Below, in pieces: positions 38,597 to 47,903 of a stretch of DNA of 64,000 nt; the stretch's first letter is position 1; each line of letters begins with the position of its first letter. The stretch is from Malacoraja senta. Its lineage: Eukaryota. The notes below the pieces were generated by a model. It ran no database searches. It was given only the letters and a program-made list of their open reading frames with translations, and was not told the DNA's origin. Position numbers and translations under genes: made by a program. The DNA is taken from contig CM075991.1 in the NCBI GenBank assembly GCA_038087875.1, forward strand, positions 10,728,001 to 10,792,000, written 5' to 3'.

Positions 38597-41500
38597 TAAC
38601 AAACTGACTCAATGCACTGTGCAAAGGGAGACAAAAATGCTGGAGAAACTCAGCGGGTGAGGCAGCATCTATGGAGCGAAGGAATAGGTGACGTTTCGGG
38701 TCGAGACCCTTCTGAAGAGGGAACAGGATGAAGTCGGTGATCCGAAACGTCACCCATTCCTTCTCTCCAGAGACGCTGCCTGTCCCGCTGAGTTACTCCA
38801 GCATTTTCCTATCTTCAGTATGTTTACTGCATCTGTTTCCTCTACTGGAGAAAAGGAATAGGAGACACTTCGGGTCGGGACCCTTCTTCAGTCTGAAGAA
38901 GGGTCTCGACCCGAAACGTCACCTATTCCTTCTCTCCATAGATGCTGCCTGTCCCGCTGAGTTTCTCCAGCATTTTTGTCTACCTTCGATTTTTCCAGCA
39001 TCTGCAGTTCTTTCTTAAACAATGCACCGTGCAACATCACTGCAAGAGAATGAGATCTCACCACTGATCTTATACTTATATTTCTGGGACCACCTGGTGG
39101 TGGGGGTGGGGAGGGGCGTGGAATATGCACCCTTAATAAGAATGGGGGAACTCGTTGTTTAATTATATATTGGATATTGAAGAATATTTGTTGCTTGTAT
39201 TATGGTGGAGGGCTCCGTTTTGAATTATTTCACATTGTACGTATTCTTGTAAAATATTTTTGGTTAATAAAAAGGATGTTTATGTTCATGAGGACTCATA
39301 ATGGAATGTGGAGAGACTAAAGGGCCTGTCCCACCTGGCCGTCATTTGCGCGCCATTTACGTGACCTTGTAGCGTGTGGGTAGCGCGGGACGGGCGCATG
39401 GAGTGGCGTGGAGGAGTGTGGAGTTGCGCGCGGTATCGCGCAGCGCTCCAGGATTTTCGTTCCGCATGAAATCTTCGCGCGCCACCGGCCTGTCGCGTAA
39501 ATGACGGCCAAGTGGGACACCCTGGCACGGCGCAACGTCTCACCTCCAACAGCAGCAGAAGCAGGCAAACGATCGGCGAGCTCGGCCCGGGGCTCACGGC
39601 GGCTGCGGATCCGGATCCGCCCCCACTCCTACTCCCAGAGCGGGGCCAAGACGATTGGAGATAGACACAAAATGGAGGAGTAACTCAGCGGGACCGGCAG
39701 CATCTGACTGAAGAAGAGTCTCGACCCGAAACATCATCCGTTCCTTCTCTCCAGAGACGCTGCCGGTCCCGCTGAGTTACTCCTCCATTTTGTGTCTAGC
39801 TTCAAATGGCGTCACGCGCTCCAGACGGCTGTGCGGGCGCATGATGACGCGCGTCAGTCACTACCGGCCTGTCGCGTAAATGACGGCCAAGTGGGACAGA
39901 CCCCTAACAGGGCCAACGTGCTGGGGGATGTCTTGTACAAATGAGAACATCACACACCTTGTAAACAGAATGGTATGCGTCTGACATTGAACTGATTATT
40001 GTGATAGAGTCATATAGTGACACAGTATGGAAACAGGCCTCATGTAGATGGTCTTCCTCGCTCACCTGACGATGTTGTGGATGACTTCCCAATGTCCACC
40101 AGGGAGCGATGGATAGGCTTCTTTGTTTGGTGTCGGTGCTTCCTCAGTAGGATGAACGAGATCTGTTCCCGTACATCAGGTTGAATAAGTCCATCTTCAA
40201 TCTGCTTGTCGATTATATCATCTGTAATTAGAAGCACATCGGTCATTTTCTTACCCGAGTGGACCTGATGGACCTTTCTTTCTTTAGCTCATCGGGATTA
40301 ACGTTTCGCCTTCTTTTAGTTTAGCTTAAATTGGTTTCGAGATACGGCGAGGAAACTGGCCCTTCTGCCCACTGAGTCCACGCCGAACAACGAGCACCGT
40401 ACACTAGCAGCACCCTTCACACACTCGGAAACGCCTGTAAGTGTTTGGAGTGTGGGATGAAACCAGGACACCCGGAGAAAACCCACGTGGTCACGGGGAG
40501 AACGTACAAACTCCGTACAGACAGCACCCGTAGTCGGAATCGAACCTGGGTTTTGGAGGCTGAAGGATTGCGGCCAAGCTTGCCTTTCCTCCACGCACGG
40601 TTGTAGTAGCGTCAGATTTAATACCATTACCGGTAATGTTGGCACGTGGATTTGCTGGAGGCCACGGTGGCGCAGCGGTAGAGTTGCTGCCTTACAGCGA
40701 ATGCAGCGCCGGAGACCCCAGGTTCGATCCCGACTTCGGGTGCTGTCTGTACGGAGTTTGTACGTTCTCCCCGTGACCTGCGTGGGTTTTCTCCGAGATC
40801 TTCAATTTCCTCCCATACTCCAAAGACGTACAGTACAGGTTTGTAGGTTAATATGCTTGGTAGATGTAAAAAGTGTTCCGAGTGGGTGTAGGATAGTGTT
40901 AATGTGCGGGGATCGCTGGTCGGCACGGACCCGGTGGGCCGAAGGGCCTGTTTCCGCACTGTATCTCTAAACTAAACTAAACTAAATCAAGAATGTTATT
41001 TCCTTTCAGCTAAACACATTCTCATGCGGATTACAGTCGGAGTCATGTGCATTCACTTACGTGGTGTTGGAGACTTTGAATTAGCTCAGCAACAGCAGAG
41101 AAGGGGAAACGGTTTCCTTACCTATGATCTGTGGTAATGAACATCCATCCAAGTCCAGCATCACGGTATCCGTCTGCAGGCATGTCCGCAGCTCAAACAG
41201 ACTATGCAGGGACAGCGTGGAGACGTGGGGCTTGCTCCAACGCTCGCCACCCTCCTCCACCTTCTCTTCAAATTTCACCCATCTAGGAACAAAGGGCAAA
41301 GAGAAGCTCTAGTGTTACAGCACCTCACATTCCGCCTGGTAGCTGACAAACCCTACGGTGGTCTTGGAGGGGAGGATGCTCCTCAAATCGCCGGGCGTCT
41401 TGGACAATACAGCTCACCCCCTCCATGACACACTGGTCAACGTGAGGAGCAACTTCAGCAACAGACTAGTTCCACCAAGATGCGGCATAGATTATTTTCC

Positions 41501-44500
41501 CCTGTGGCTATTAAACTGTACCACTCCACCCCCTGCAGTCGTGGGTAAACTGAGACTGACTCCCCCCTACCCCCCACCCCCCCATCCTTTCCACTCATCA
41601 CTTTAATTTCACGTTTGCTATCTTTTGTGTTTTTCATCACTGTTGGCAGATCAATTTCCTTCCTGGGATAAATAAAGTTCTATCGTATCACATCGTATCC
41701 ATTGAACCATTTTAACTCCCCCTTCTAATCCCATTCCAGGACCTCTGGAGAAAAGGGATAGGTGATGTTTCGGGTCGAGACCCTTCTTCAGACTTCAGTC
41801 CGAGGAAGGGTCTCGACCCGAAACGTCACCCATTCCTTCTCTCCAGAGATGCTGCCTGTCCCCGCTGAGTTACTCCGGCATTTTGTGTCTATCTTCACGG
41901 GAGTGTTATTGGACAAAGCTTCTCACTGGCCCAAAGAAACTGGTGTCAGGTACCTAGGTGGCCTGAGTGGTAGCATTTAATCTGAGTCTTAAAAGGAGAT
42001 TCCTCCCCACCTTCACAACTCCTACATGTTGGCATCCGAAGACCTCTCTATGGTCCGTATAGGCTGAAAACCCTCCCTCAACTTTACCCCACCTACCCTC
42101 CCGGCCCACTCTGGGATCAACCTTGGCATGAGGGCTGTGGATGCCAAGTCAAAGGGTATTTTTAAGGCAGAGACAGATAGATTCTTGATTAGTAATGAAG
42201 ACTCTGTGGTTCAATGTAATTGAGTTTAGAAGAATGAGGAAGGACCTCATTGAAACAGAATAGTGAAAGGCTTGGATAGAATGGATGTGGAGAGGATGTT
42301 TCCACTAGTGGGAGAGTCTAGGACTGGAGGTCATAGCCTCAGAATTAAAGGGACGCTCTTTTTGGAAGATGAGAAGAAGATTCTTTAGTCAGAGGGTGGT
42401 GAATCTGTGGAATTCTTTGCCATAGAAGGCTGTGGAGGATAAGTCAGTAGGTATTTATAAGGTGTGGAAGAAAGAACTGCAGATGCTGGTTAAAATCAAA
42501 GGTAGACACAAAATGCTGGATTAACTCAGCGGGTGAGGCAGCATCTCTGGAGAGAAGGAACCCGCTGAGTTGGAGATAGATAGATTCTTGATTAGTACGG
42601 GTGTCAGGGGTTATGGGGAGAAAGCAGTAGAATGGGGTTAGGAGCGAGAGAGAGATAGATCAGCCATGATTGAATGGCGGAGTAGATGGGCTGAATGGCC
42701 TAATTCTTCTCCTATTACTTATGAACCTATGAACTAATGAAGACTAAGTAGTTCATTGTGACGGTAGGCACTTGGCTATCAGTGGAGGTTATCAATGGTG
42801 GATCAATGGGGATTGGCACCATCCTGTTCCCTTCCAAAATACACACCACAGTGCATGAGACAACCCCTCTGTCTCTTCACTGCACGTAGCAACATCAGGT
42901 CAGGCCAAAAATAAGGTTGAGTAAAAGTTCACCAATTGTAGGTCAAGGCTGATGGCGAAAAATTGCGAGATAAAAGCAGAAAGAAACAACAGTTTAATTA
43001 CAGCACAATTTCTTTGTTGCCTTGGTGGAGAATAGCTTCTTTGTGGTTTATTAACGTACATAAGTAACGGAGTAAAATATAATTAAACCGGGCACAAAGA
43101 GTTCTTTCTAGAAAAACAAAAATGTTAATCCCAAAGTCTAAATGATATTTTAATTCTAGATGCAGATTTAAAGTTATTATTGACTTCAAATGCTTGCGTC
43201 TGGAAAACATAATTGGAATTAAAGCACAGTGTTTGGATAAGATTCCATTCTCACGACATCTATAAACTGGTTCCGCAGTTTTATGAATTAGGAATTTCTG
43301 GAGCAGCGTTAATGATGTTTTGAAACCTTGTACAGTTTAGTATCGTGGGATTCTTGAGGGAATATACAGTATTGCCCATTCATGTCTCTTATACTCAATG
43401 CCCTGATCAACGAAGGCAAGTATACCATTCGGCACGATGGCGCCACGGTAGAGTTCCTGCCTTAGAGAGCGGCAGAGACCCGGGTTCGATCCTGACCACG
43501 GGTGCAGTCTGTACGGTGTTTGTACATTCTTCCCGTGACCTACATGGGTTTTCGCCAAGATCTTCGGTTTCCTCCCACATTCCAAAGGCGTAGAGGTTCG
43601 TAGGCTCATTGCCTTGGTATAATTGTAAGTTGTCCCCAGTGTACTGTAGGATAGTGTTAATGTGCGGGGATCGCTGGTCGGTGCGGACTCGGTGGGCCGG
43701 AGGGCCTGTTTCTGCGCTGTATCTCCAAACTAAAACTGAACTAAACATACTCCTGCTTGACCACTCGATCTCCTTGTGTTGCCACTTGTATGGAGCTGTG
43801 GATTTGGACTCCAAGGTCCATCTGTACATTAACACTCTTATGGATCTTCCATTTTGACCAGCTGCATCTCTGTCTGGTTTGGGGGACTGCAAAGCCTCCG
43901 ACTGGAAGCCCGTGCAGAGAGTGGTGAGGACGGCTGAAAAAATCATCGGTACTTCTCTTCCTTCAATCCGGGGACATTGCGAGCAAAGGTTGCTTGTCCA
44001 AGGCCAACAGCATTATAAAGGACCCCACACATCTCCATCATGGACTGTTCACTCTGCTGCCCTCGGGCAAAAGGTATCATAGTATAAGGAGCAGAACGGC
44101 CAGGTTTTGCAACAGCTTCTTCCCCCGAGCCATCAGACTCTTGAATTCCACCACTATTATCTATTTCATCTTTTTATCCATTTTACCTTTTTATCTATTT
44201 TATCCTTTTGTTATTTTATGTTGCACGGTGAGCCAGATGCAACGAAATCTCGTCCAGACTTGCATTTGTTGGTGTATTTTTCAGTGACAATAAAATCCCT
44301 GACTGATTGATTGATTAACAAGACTATTGTTGTACTTATCACAACCTTGGTCGAAAATGTGGACAAATAAGTGAAATTCCAGAGAGCAGATGAGGGTGAA
44401 AGTCCTTGGCATCGAACGCCATTTGACTGAGTGGAACATCAAATGCCTATTAATATATTTTAGTTGATTTAGTTGAGTTTGTTAGTATTGTCACATGTAC

Positions 44501-46454
44501 CGAGGGATAGCGGAAAGCTTTTTCGTTGCGCGCTATCCAGTCAGTGAAAAGACTATACCGTACATGATCACAATCGAGCTGTCTGCAGCGGACAGATACA
44601 AAATAAAGGGAATCATGTTTTGTGCAAGATATAGTCTGATAAAAGGTCATCTGAGTCTCCACTGAGGTAGATGGTGAGTCTCACATTGGTGATAGGATGG
44701 TTCAGTTGCCTAATCTCTGGAACTCACTGCCACAGAGGGTAGTTGAGGCCAGTTCATTGGCTATATTTAAGAGGGAGTTAGATGTGGCCCTTGTGGCTAA
44801 AGGGATCAGGGGGTATGGAGAGAAGGCAGGTACGGGATACTGAGTTGGATGATCAGCCATGATCATATTGAATGGCGGTGCAGGCTCGAAGGGCCGAATG
44901 GCCTACTCCTGCGCCTATTTTCTATGTATCTATGTATCTAATAGGAGCTGGGGAGAAACTGTCCTTGAATCTGGAGGTGTGCGTTTTCACACTTCCGTAC
45001 CTCTTGCCTGATGGGAGAGGGGAGAGGGGAGAAGAGGGAGTAACTGGAGGTGAGACTGGTCCTTGATTGTAGTTGTGTTGAGACCAAGCTGGTATGTTTC
45101 ACTGGATTGAATCATCCCTTTGTGGCATCAGCTGATACACAGACCACTTATGGTCGAACCCTCATCAGTAGGTACGAGGGCTGGCACGTGACGTCACGGC
45201 CTAGCGGGGGGGTGTCCTGCTACTTAAGCTTATCTCACCTCTAGACCTCGGGAGTCAACAGGTAGCTGAGCCCGAGAGAACAACCTCGCTCAGCTACAGC
45301 AGCAATGATAATTACGCTAGCGGACCAACTTAACATGTAACACCTGAATAGAACTACTGTTTGAACCTGCCTGACGTCTGGCCTTATTCTCCACGTTTGG
45401 TGCCGCTACATCTTAAACAAAGATGCTTGTGGCTTCATTCTCCTCATTCTAGGACAAGGACTTTAAGACTTTTGCCTTCAATCACAGTGAGGAGGTGCCT
45501 GGTAGACTCACTGTGGTGGATGTTAAACTGTGTTCAGTGTGTGTTCTGTTTTTTTTTCCGTTATGACTGCAAGGTACGCAATTTCGTTCAAATTGGAGAC
45601 AGTTTAACCATATAACCATATAACCATATAACCATAACAGCACGGAAACAGGCCATCTCGGTCCTTCAAGTCCGTGCCGAACATTAAAAAAAAAAAATTT
45701 TTTAATTAAAAATAAATACTTCCCCCTAGTCCCATCTACCTGTACTCAGACCATAACCCTCCATTCCTTTCCCGTCCATATACCCATCCAATCTATTTTT
45801 AAAGGATAACATCGAACCTGCCTCCACCACTTCCACTGGAAGCTCATTCCACACAGCTACCACTCTCTGAGCAAAGAAGTTCCCCCTAATGTTCCCCCTA
45901 AACTTCTGTCCCTTAATTCTCAAGTCATGTCCCCTTGTTTGAATCTTCCCTACTCTCAATGGGAAAAGCTTATCCACGTCCACTCTGTCCATCCCGCTCA
46001 TAATTTTAAAGACCTCTATCAAGTCCCCTCTTAACCTTCTGCGCTCAATAAAGAATACTTTATACTTATACTTTAATGTGTAGGAAGGAACTGCAGATGC
46101 TGGTTTAAACCGAAAATGGGCACATGATGCTGGAGTAACTCAGCGGGACAGGCAGCGTCTCTGGAGAGAAGGAATGGGTGGCGTTTCGGGTTGAGTCTGA
46201 AGAAGGGTCTCCACCCGAAACGTCAACCATTCCTTCTCTCCAGAGGCGCTGCCTATCCCGCTGAGTTACTCCAGCTTTTTGTGTCTGTCTGAGGAATGCG
46301 TCTTGTTGAGCCTCAGTCACTCACCTGGCTGACTCCTTCCATTCCGGCTCGTCCCCGTCATGTTGCAGGGTGTCCATCTCCGTGAACAGGGTGGGCGTGG
46401 GGCCATCATCGTCTTCACCAAGGATGTATCGCAAGCGCTCAGCTGCGGGGGAAA
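1005..46454 (-). CDS. slc4a5: Electrogenic sodium bicarbonate cotransporter NBCe2 (SLC4 family), multi-exon gene span; the extreme N- and C-termini are not firmly located
   Basis: 22 GT-AG exons join in consistent phase (after correcting three 1-bp deletions) to about 1000 codons. SLC4A5-type motifs include [48 protein letters not shown] and [11 protein letters not shown]. Confidence 0.93.
1351..1903 (-). mobile_element. CR1-clade LINE 3' fragment (family A)
   Basis: ORF2 C-terminus [26 protein letters not shown]...RTRGHSL...[14 protein letters not shown]; (TTCTATGT)n tail. Confidence 0.9.
3412..3929 (-). mobile_element. CR1-clade LINE 3' fragment (family B)
   Basis: [23 protein letters not shown]; (TTATATGG)n tail. 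Confidence 0.9.
4127..4291 (-). CDS. slc4a5: slc4a5 exon, 165 nt: [55 protein letters not shown]
   Basis: gctag acceptor, GAG|GTGAGC donor. Confidence 0.95.
4418..4726. mobile_element. Harbinger/PIF-type MITE; same subfamily at 23370-23689 (inverted) and 48119-48406
   Basis: TIR AGGGCCTGTCCCACTGTACGAG. Confidence 0.78.
5706..5879 (-). CDS. slc4a5: slc4a5 exon, 174 nt: [17 protein letters not shown]...[11 protein letters not shown]
   Basis: cacag acceptor, ATG|GTAAGA donor. Confidence 0.96.
6047..6115 (-). CDS. slc4a5: slc4a5 exon, 69 nt: [23 protein letters not shown]
   Basis: cccag acceptor, CAG|GTATGT donor. Confidence 0.96.
6324..6742. mobile_element. GC-rich Harbinger/PIF-type MITE
   Basis: TIR AAAGGGCCTGTCCCACGGG, perfect TAA target-site duplication. 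Confidence 0.82.
7078..7388 (-). mobile_element. tRNA-derived SINE, near full length
   Basis: Same family as 40659-40986. Confidence 0.85.
7843..7915 (-). CDS. slc4a5: slc4a5 exon, 73 nt: [24 protein letters not shown]
   Basis: tccag acceptor, AAG|GTCAGA donor. Confidence 0.95.
8081..8707 (+). mobile_element. L1-clade LINE 3' end inserted in a CR1 fragment
   Basis: [21 protein letters not shown]...LEKIR...[11 protein letters not shown]-rich UTR, AATAAA, (AAAG)n tail. Confidence 0.7.
9985..10163 (-). CDS. slc4a5: slc4a5 exon, 179 nt: [13 protein letters not shown]...[11 protein letters not shown](R)
   Basis: tgcag acceptor, AG|GTAGGT donor. Confidence 0.96.
10540..11220 (+). repeat. CpG-rich interspersed repeat of unclear class; its 3' end recurs at about 45455-45600
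   Basis: Shared GACTTTTGCCTTC.ATCACAGTGAGGAGGTG segment; AATAAA and ATTCT tail. Confidence 0.5.
11343..11504 (-). CDS. slc4a5: slc4a5 exon, 162 nt (EL4-TM8): [19 protein letters not shown]...[20 protein letters not shown]
   Basis: tgtag acceptor, AGG|GTAGGT donor. Confidence 0.96.
11715..12240 (+). mobile_element. Older CR1 fragment (family D); relatives near 9270-9690, 34710-35095, 42120-42730 and 48760-49320
   Basis: [16 protein letters not shown]...[17 protein letters not shown]. Confidence 0.82.
13844..13957 (-). CDS. slc4a5: slc4a5 TM7/EL4 exon copy b, 114 nt: [38 protein letters not shown] (putative mutually exclusive exon)
   Basis: ctctaag acceptor, AAG|GTAAAA donor; same length and phase as copy a, 21/38 aa identical, no stops. 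Confidence 0.88.
14440..14940 (-). promoter_or_regulatory. Cluster of four UGCAUG (RBFOX-type) splicing motifs around exon copy a
   Basis: CATGCA on + at 14440, 14636, 14779 and 14935. Confidence 0.55.
14762..14875 (-). CDS. slc4a5: slc4a5 TM7/EL4 exon copy a, 114 nt: [38 protein letters not shown]
   Basis: actag acceptor, weak AAG|GTCTGA donor, phase 0 to 0. Confidence 0.92.
15853..16080. mobile_element. Harbinger/PIF-type MITE inserted in a SINE (TTTAG)n tail
   Basis: Long TIR AGGGCC(C/T)GTCCCACTTTCACGACCTAATTCACGACCT, perfect TTA target-site duplication. Confidence 0.85.
16506..16706 (-). CDS. slc4a5: slc4a5 exon, 201 nt: [24 protein letters not shown]...[12 protein letters not shown]
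   Basis: Non-YAG acceptor cccaag, AAG|GTAAGT donor, 67 codons. Confidence 0.93.
16832..16859 (-). ncRNA. Minimal type I hammerhead-ribozyme motif (Penelope terminus), sense to the slc4a5 pre-mRNA
   Basis: CUGAAGA-A-GGGU(CUCG)ACCC-GAAA-C-GUC. Confidence 0.65.
17660..18030 (-). mobile_element. Rex1/Babar-like LINE 3' fragment
   Basis: [34 protein letters not shown]. Confidence 0.7.
18434..18495 (-). CDS. slc4a5: slc4a5 exon, 62 nt (extracellular loop 3): (V)[20 protein letters not shown]
   Basis: Polypyrimidine tract plus cgcag acceptor, TTG|GTAAGT donor; phase 1 to 0 fits; N-glycosylation sequons NTT, NAS, NNT. Confidence 0.9.
18721..19443 (+). mobile_element. Rex1/Babar-like LINE 3' end containing a poly(A)-tailed L1-like insertion (18907-19242)
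   Basis: [13 protein letters not shown]...[14 protein letters not shown]; inner insert flanked by 13-bp ACTCTGAACATTA direct repeats. Confidence 0.75.
19921..20394 (+). mobile_element. L2-clade LINE 3' end
   Basis: [36 protein letters not shown]...APRLWNS; (GACTT)n tail. Confidence 0.85.
20395..21315 (+). mobile_element. CR1-clade LINE 3' fragment (family A, longest copy)
   Basis: [11 protein letters not shown]...[19 protein letters not shown]...; microsatellite tail. Confidence 0.92.
24220..24489 (-). CDS. slc4a5: slc4a5 exon, 270 nt observed (272 expected): [14 protein letters not shown]...[35 protein letters not shown]...CECEAPDT, two 1-bp deletions
   Basis: tgcag acceptor, G|GTACGA donor; adding single bases near 24374 and 24363 restores RFTEEGF. 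Confidence 0.92.
24723..24750 (-). ncRNA. Minimal hammerhead motif, variant subfamily
   Basis: CUGAAGA-A-GGGU(UUCG)GCCC-GAAA-C-GUU. Confidence 0.6.
25373..25972 (-). mobile_element. CR1-clade LINE 3' fragment (family A)
   Basis: [13 protein letters not shown] motif and tail. Confidence 0.9.
26182..26314 (-). CDS. slc4a5: slc4a5 exon, 133 nt observed (134 expected): [44 protein letters not shown](K), one 1-bp deletion
   Basis: tgcag acceptor, AA|GTAAGT donor; adding one G near 26278 restores the frame. Confidence 0.92.
27128..27885 (-). mobile_element. Penelope-like retroelement 3' fragment: Cys-rich linker, GIY-YIG endonuclease and 3' UTR with degenerate hammerhead motif
   Basis: ORF 27317-27643 contains [30 protein letters not shown]...PVAQHFN...[19 protein letters not shown]. 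Confidence 0.9.
28290..28700 (-). mobile_element. Rex1/Babar-like LINE 3' fragment; relatives at 44450-45067 and 49335-49552
   Basis: [27 protein letters not shown]. Confidence 0.65.
28930..29190 (+). mobile_element. Degraded Tx1/L1-like ORF2 C-terminal fragment
   Basis: [23 protein letters not shown] resembles the Tx1-type C-terminal motif. Confidence 0.4.
29199..29895 (+). mobile_element. CR1-clade LINE 3' fragment (family B)
   Basis: ORF 29193-29789, [19 protein letters not shown]... Confidence 0.92.
30200..30503 (-). mobile_element. tRNA-derived SINE, near full length, just downstream of the TM1 exon
   Basis: Same family; other copies near 8811, 12260, 13315, 16081, 18043, 33237, 40316, 48408, 52021 and 54160. 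Confidence 0.85.
30551..30725 (-). CDS. slc4a5: slc4a5 exon, 175 nt (TM1): [15 protein letters not shown]...[15 protein letters not shown]
   Basis: cgcag acceptor, CAG|GTAAGG donor. Confidence 0.96.
30925..31432. repeat. Compound microsatellite (TCTA)n/(CCACCCAT)n/(CTACCCAT)n expanded inside a CR1 fragment
   Basis: Direct inspection. Confidence 0.95.
31900..32370 (-). mobile_element. Degraded Penelope-like 3' fragment
   Basis: Same terminal motif, purine-rich UTR and decayed endonuclease end. Confidence 0.6.
33050..33175 (-). CDS. slc4a5: slc4a5 exon, 126 nt: [41 protein letters not shown](R)
   Basis: cacag acceptor, AG|GTATTT donor. Confidence 0.94.
33473..33627 (-). CDS. slc4a5: slc4a5 exon, 155 nt: [51 protein letters not shown](R)
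   Basis: tctag acceptor, AG|GTATGG donor. Confidence 0.96.
35164..35251 (-). CDS. slc4a5: slc4a5 exon, 88 nt: [29 protein letters not shown]
   Basis: aacag acceptor, GAT|GTGAGT donor. Confidence 0.95.
35607..35985 (-). mobile_element. L2-clade LINE 3' end inserted in a CR1 tail
   Basis: [21 protein letters not shown]...[10 protein letters not shown]. Confidence 0.85.
36133..36290 (-). CDS. slc4a5: slc4a5 exon, 158 nt: [26 protein letters not shown]...EVAVPT(R)
   Basis: cacag acceptor, AG|GTATCG donor. Confidence 0.96.
36538..37167 (+). mobile_element. CR1-clade LINE 3' fragment (family A)
   Basis: ORF 36577-37071 plus tail. Confidence 0.92.
37400..37786 (+). mobile_element. Non-autonomous RTE-like short retroposon
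   Basis: RTE-type 5' UTR-like motif (GGCAGTCCATCTCGGAGAGAGAAAACACTGA); 10-bp near-perfect flanking direct repeat AAGGTATGCA/AAAGTATGCA. Confidence 0.55.
38058..38113 (-). CDS. slc4a5: slc4a5 exon, 56 nt: [18 protein letters not shown]
   Basis: tatag acceptor, CAG|GTAAAT donor, phase 1 to 0. Confidence 0.93.
38367..38462 (-). CDS. slc4a5: slc4a5 exon, 96 nt: [31 protein letters not shown]
   Basis: tgcag acceptor, C|GTAAGT donor; resembles the SLC4A5 STEDLRMRQS..YGRL segment. Confidence 0.92.
38522..38594. repeat. (TA)n microsatellite
   Basis: Direct inspection. Confidence 0.97.
38893..38920 (+). ncRNA. Minimal hammerhead motif
   Basis: CTGAAGAAGGGTCTCGACCCGAAACGTC, back-to-back with a degenerate minus-strand copy. 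Confidence 0.65.
39321..39904. mobile_element. Harbinger/PIF-type MITE carrying an internal fold-back Penelope terminus (about 39659-39800)
   Basis: TIR (A)GGGCCTGTCCCAC.TGGCCGTCATTT, TAA target-site duplication. Confidence 0.8.
40066..40221 (-). CDS. slc4a5: slc4a5 exon, 156 nt: [10 protein letters not shown]...[24 protein letters not shown]
   Basis: tacag acceptor, G|GTGAGC donor, phase 1 to 1. Confidence 0.95.
40659..40986 (+). mobile_element. tRNA-derived SINE (HE1/V-SINE-like), full length
   Basis: Pol III A box TGGCGCAGCGG, B box GGTTCGATCC, V-domain-like core, CR1-like 3' tail, (CTAAA)n end. Confidence 0.88.
41122..41282 (-). CDS. slc4a5: slc4a5 exon, 161 nt: [20 protein letters not shown]...SLPQII
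   Basis: cctag acceptor, G|GTAAGG donor, canonical SLC4 N-terminal motif. Confidence 0.96.
43430..43745 (+). mobile_element. tRNA-derived SINE, full length
   Basis: A/B boxes and family tail. Confidence 0.85.
43855..44315 (+). mobile_element. Rex1/Babar-like LINE 3' end
   Basis: [18 protein letters not shown]...[26 protein letters not shown]; (TGAT)n tail. Confidence 0.8.
45068..45410 (+). mobile_element. Putative solo LTR
   Basis: TGTAG...CTACA termini, 343 bp, CRE/E-box palindrome CACGTGACGTCACG, TATA-like TACTTAAG; target-site duplication not evident. Confidence 0.45.
45606..46046 (-). mobile_element. CR1-clade LINE 3' fragment (family B)
   Basis: ORF 45726-46022 plus tail. Confidence 0.9.
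46197..46224 (+). ncRNA. Minimal hammerhead motif
   Basis: CTGAAGA-A-GGGT(CTCC)ACCC-GAAACGTC. Confidence 0.6.
46325..46454 (-). CDS. slc4a5: slc4a5 exon, 130 nt: (V)[42 protein letters not shown](R)
   Basis: ccatag acceptor, AG|GTGAGT donor, phase 1 to 2. Confidence 0.95.
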
Positions 46455-46638
46455 CTATGGACAACGGGGGAGAACAGAGAAACCGCGTCACATTATCCGT
46501 TACACATCCCTCGAGGAGACCAGCACCCACTCAACATGCCTTAGTGTCTGAACATACTCTTGGCTCTTTCAATGGCTGGATGGTCAACAAACCTCTTTCA
46601 TAAAAAATTTGGACACAAAGTGCCAGAGTAACTCAGCA

Positions 46639-47003
46639 GGTAGACAAAAATGCTGGAGAAACTCAGCGGGTGAGGCAGCATCTGTGGAGCGAAGGAAATA
46701 GGCGACGTTTCGGGTCGAGACCCTTCTTCAGACTGATGTGGGGGTGGGGGGGGGGGGCGGGAAGAAGAAGGGAAGAGGTGGAGACAGTGGGCTGTGGGAG
46801 AGCTGGGAAGGGGAGGGGGAAAGAGGGAGAAAGCAGGGACTACCTGAAATTGGAGAAGTCAATGTTCATCCCGCTGGGGTGTAAACCACCCAAGCGAAAT
46901 ATGAGGTGCTGCTCCTCCAATTTACGGTGGGCCTCACTCTGGCCATGGAGGAGGCCCAGGACAGAAAGGTCGGATTCGGAATGGGAGGGGGAGTTGAAGC
47001 GCT
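46639..47003 (-). mobile_element. Penelope-like 3' fragment (end of GIY-YIG domain plus intact hammerhead motif)
   Basis: High similarity to the 27128-27885 element. Confidence 0.85.
46704..46731 (-). ncRNA. Minimal hammerhead motif in Penelope 3' UTR, sense to slc4a5
   Basis: CUGAAGAAGGGUCUCGACCCGAAACGUC. Confidence 0.65.
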
Positions 47004-47704
47004 GGGCTCAGCAGGTGGGGCAGCATCTCCAGGGAACTTGGGTAGGTGATGTTTCGGGTCAGGGCCCTTCTTCGGTCTGAAAGACCCGAAATGTGTAGGA
47101 AGGAACTGCAGATGCTGGTTTAAAACGAAGATAGACACAAAAAGCTGGAGTAACTCAGCGGGTCAGGCGGCATCTCTGGAGAAAAGGAATAGGTGACGTT
47201 TCAGGTCAAAACCCTTTTTTCAGACTGATAGTCAGGGGAAAAAAGGGGACATCTGAAATGTCATCAATCCACGTTTCCTGACCCACTGAGTTGCTCTTTG
47301 TGTCTCTTTCCTTGTAAAAATACAAAATAAATAGAGTTCTTTGTATCTAAATCTCTCCCACAGTTGGGGATGTGAAGTTAAATACTCAGGTGAACTTCTG
47401 CTTCATAAACTCAGTCATCTTTTGACAATGCTTGACAGGTGTGTAATTTCCATTCAACAATCTTTATGCCAATGTTGTTATCAGTAGACTCACATCGTCA
47501 GTAAGCAAATGGAACAGTGCTCAAAACACGAGCAACCTCAGGTAAATGTCCTGTCCATTTACCGGGCAAGGGACAATAGACAATAGGTGCAGGAGTAGGC
47601 CAATCGGCCCTTCGAGCCAGCACGAGGGATGCGCAGTGTTGTGGCTGTGTTTCGGGCATTCTCAACTTGACACTTCACATGCCATGGTTTGCGTTGGTTT
47701 AATG

Positions 47705-47903
47705 CCGGGTTCCCAACCTGGGGTAAATTTCGCCTACCCAGGGGGTAAATCTGTTGATTCTGGATCTGAACATATCTTTTCTCATTGACTGACTGTGTTT
47801 GGTTCTGTTCATCATTAGTTGTTGATAAATGAGTGAAATAACATTGTGATGTGCTATTAAAGTTGCCGGGGGTAAACGGGACGAAAAAGGTTGGGAACCA
47901 CTA
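47705..47903. mobile_element. hAT (Charlie-like) MITE
   Basis: TIR GGTTCCCAACCT...AGGTTGGGAACC, GGGGTAAA subterminal repeats. Confidence 0.65.

Noticed and set aside
40659..40745. tRNA-like A/B box sequence
   Set aside because: Head of a multi-copy SINE, not a tRNA gene
1005..46454. Assignment to slc4a4 (NBCe1)
   Set aside because: [27 protein letters not shown] and FWDRCKLF fit SLC4A5 better, as recalled
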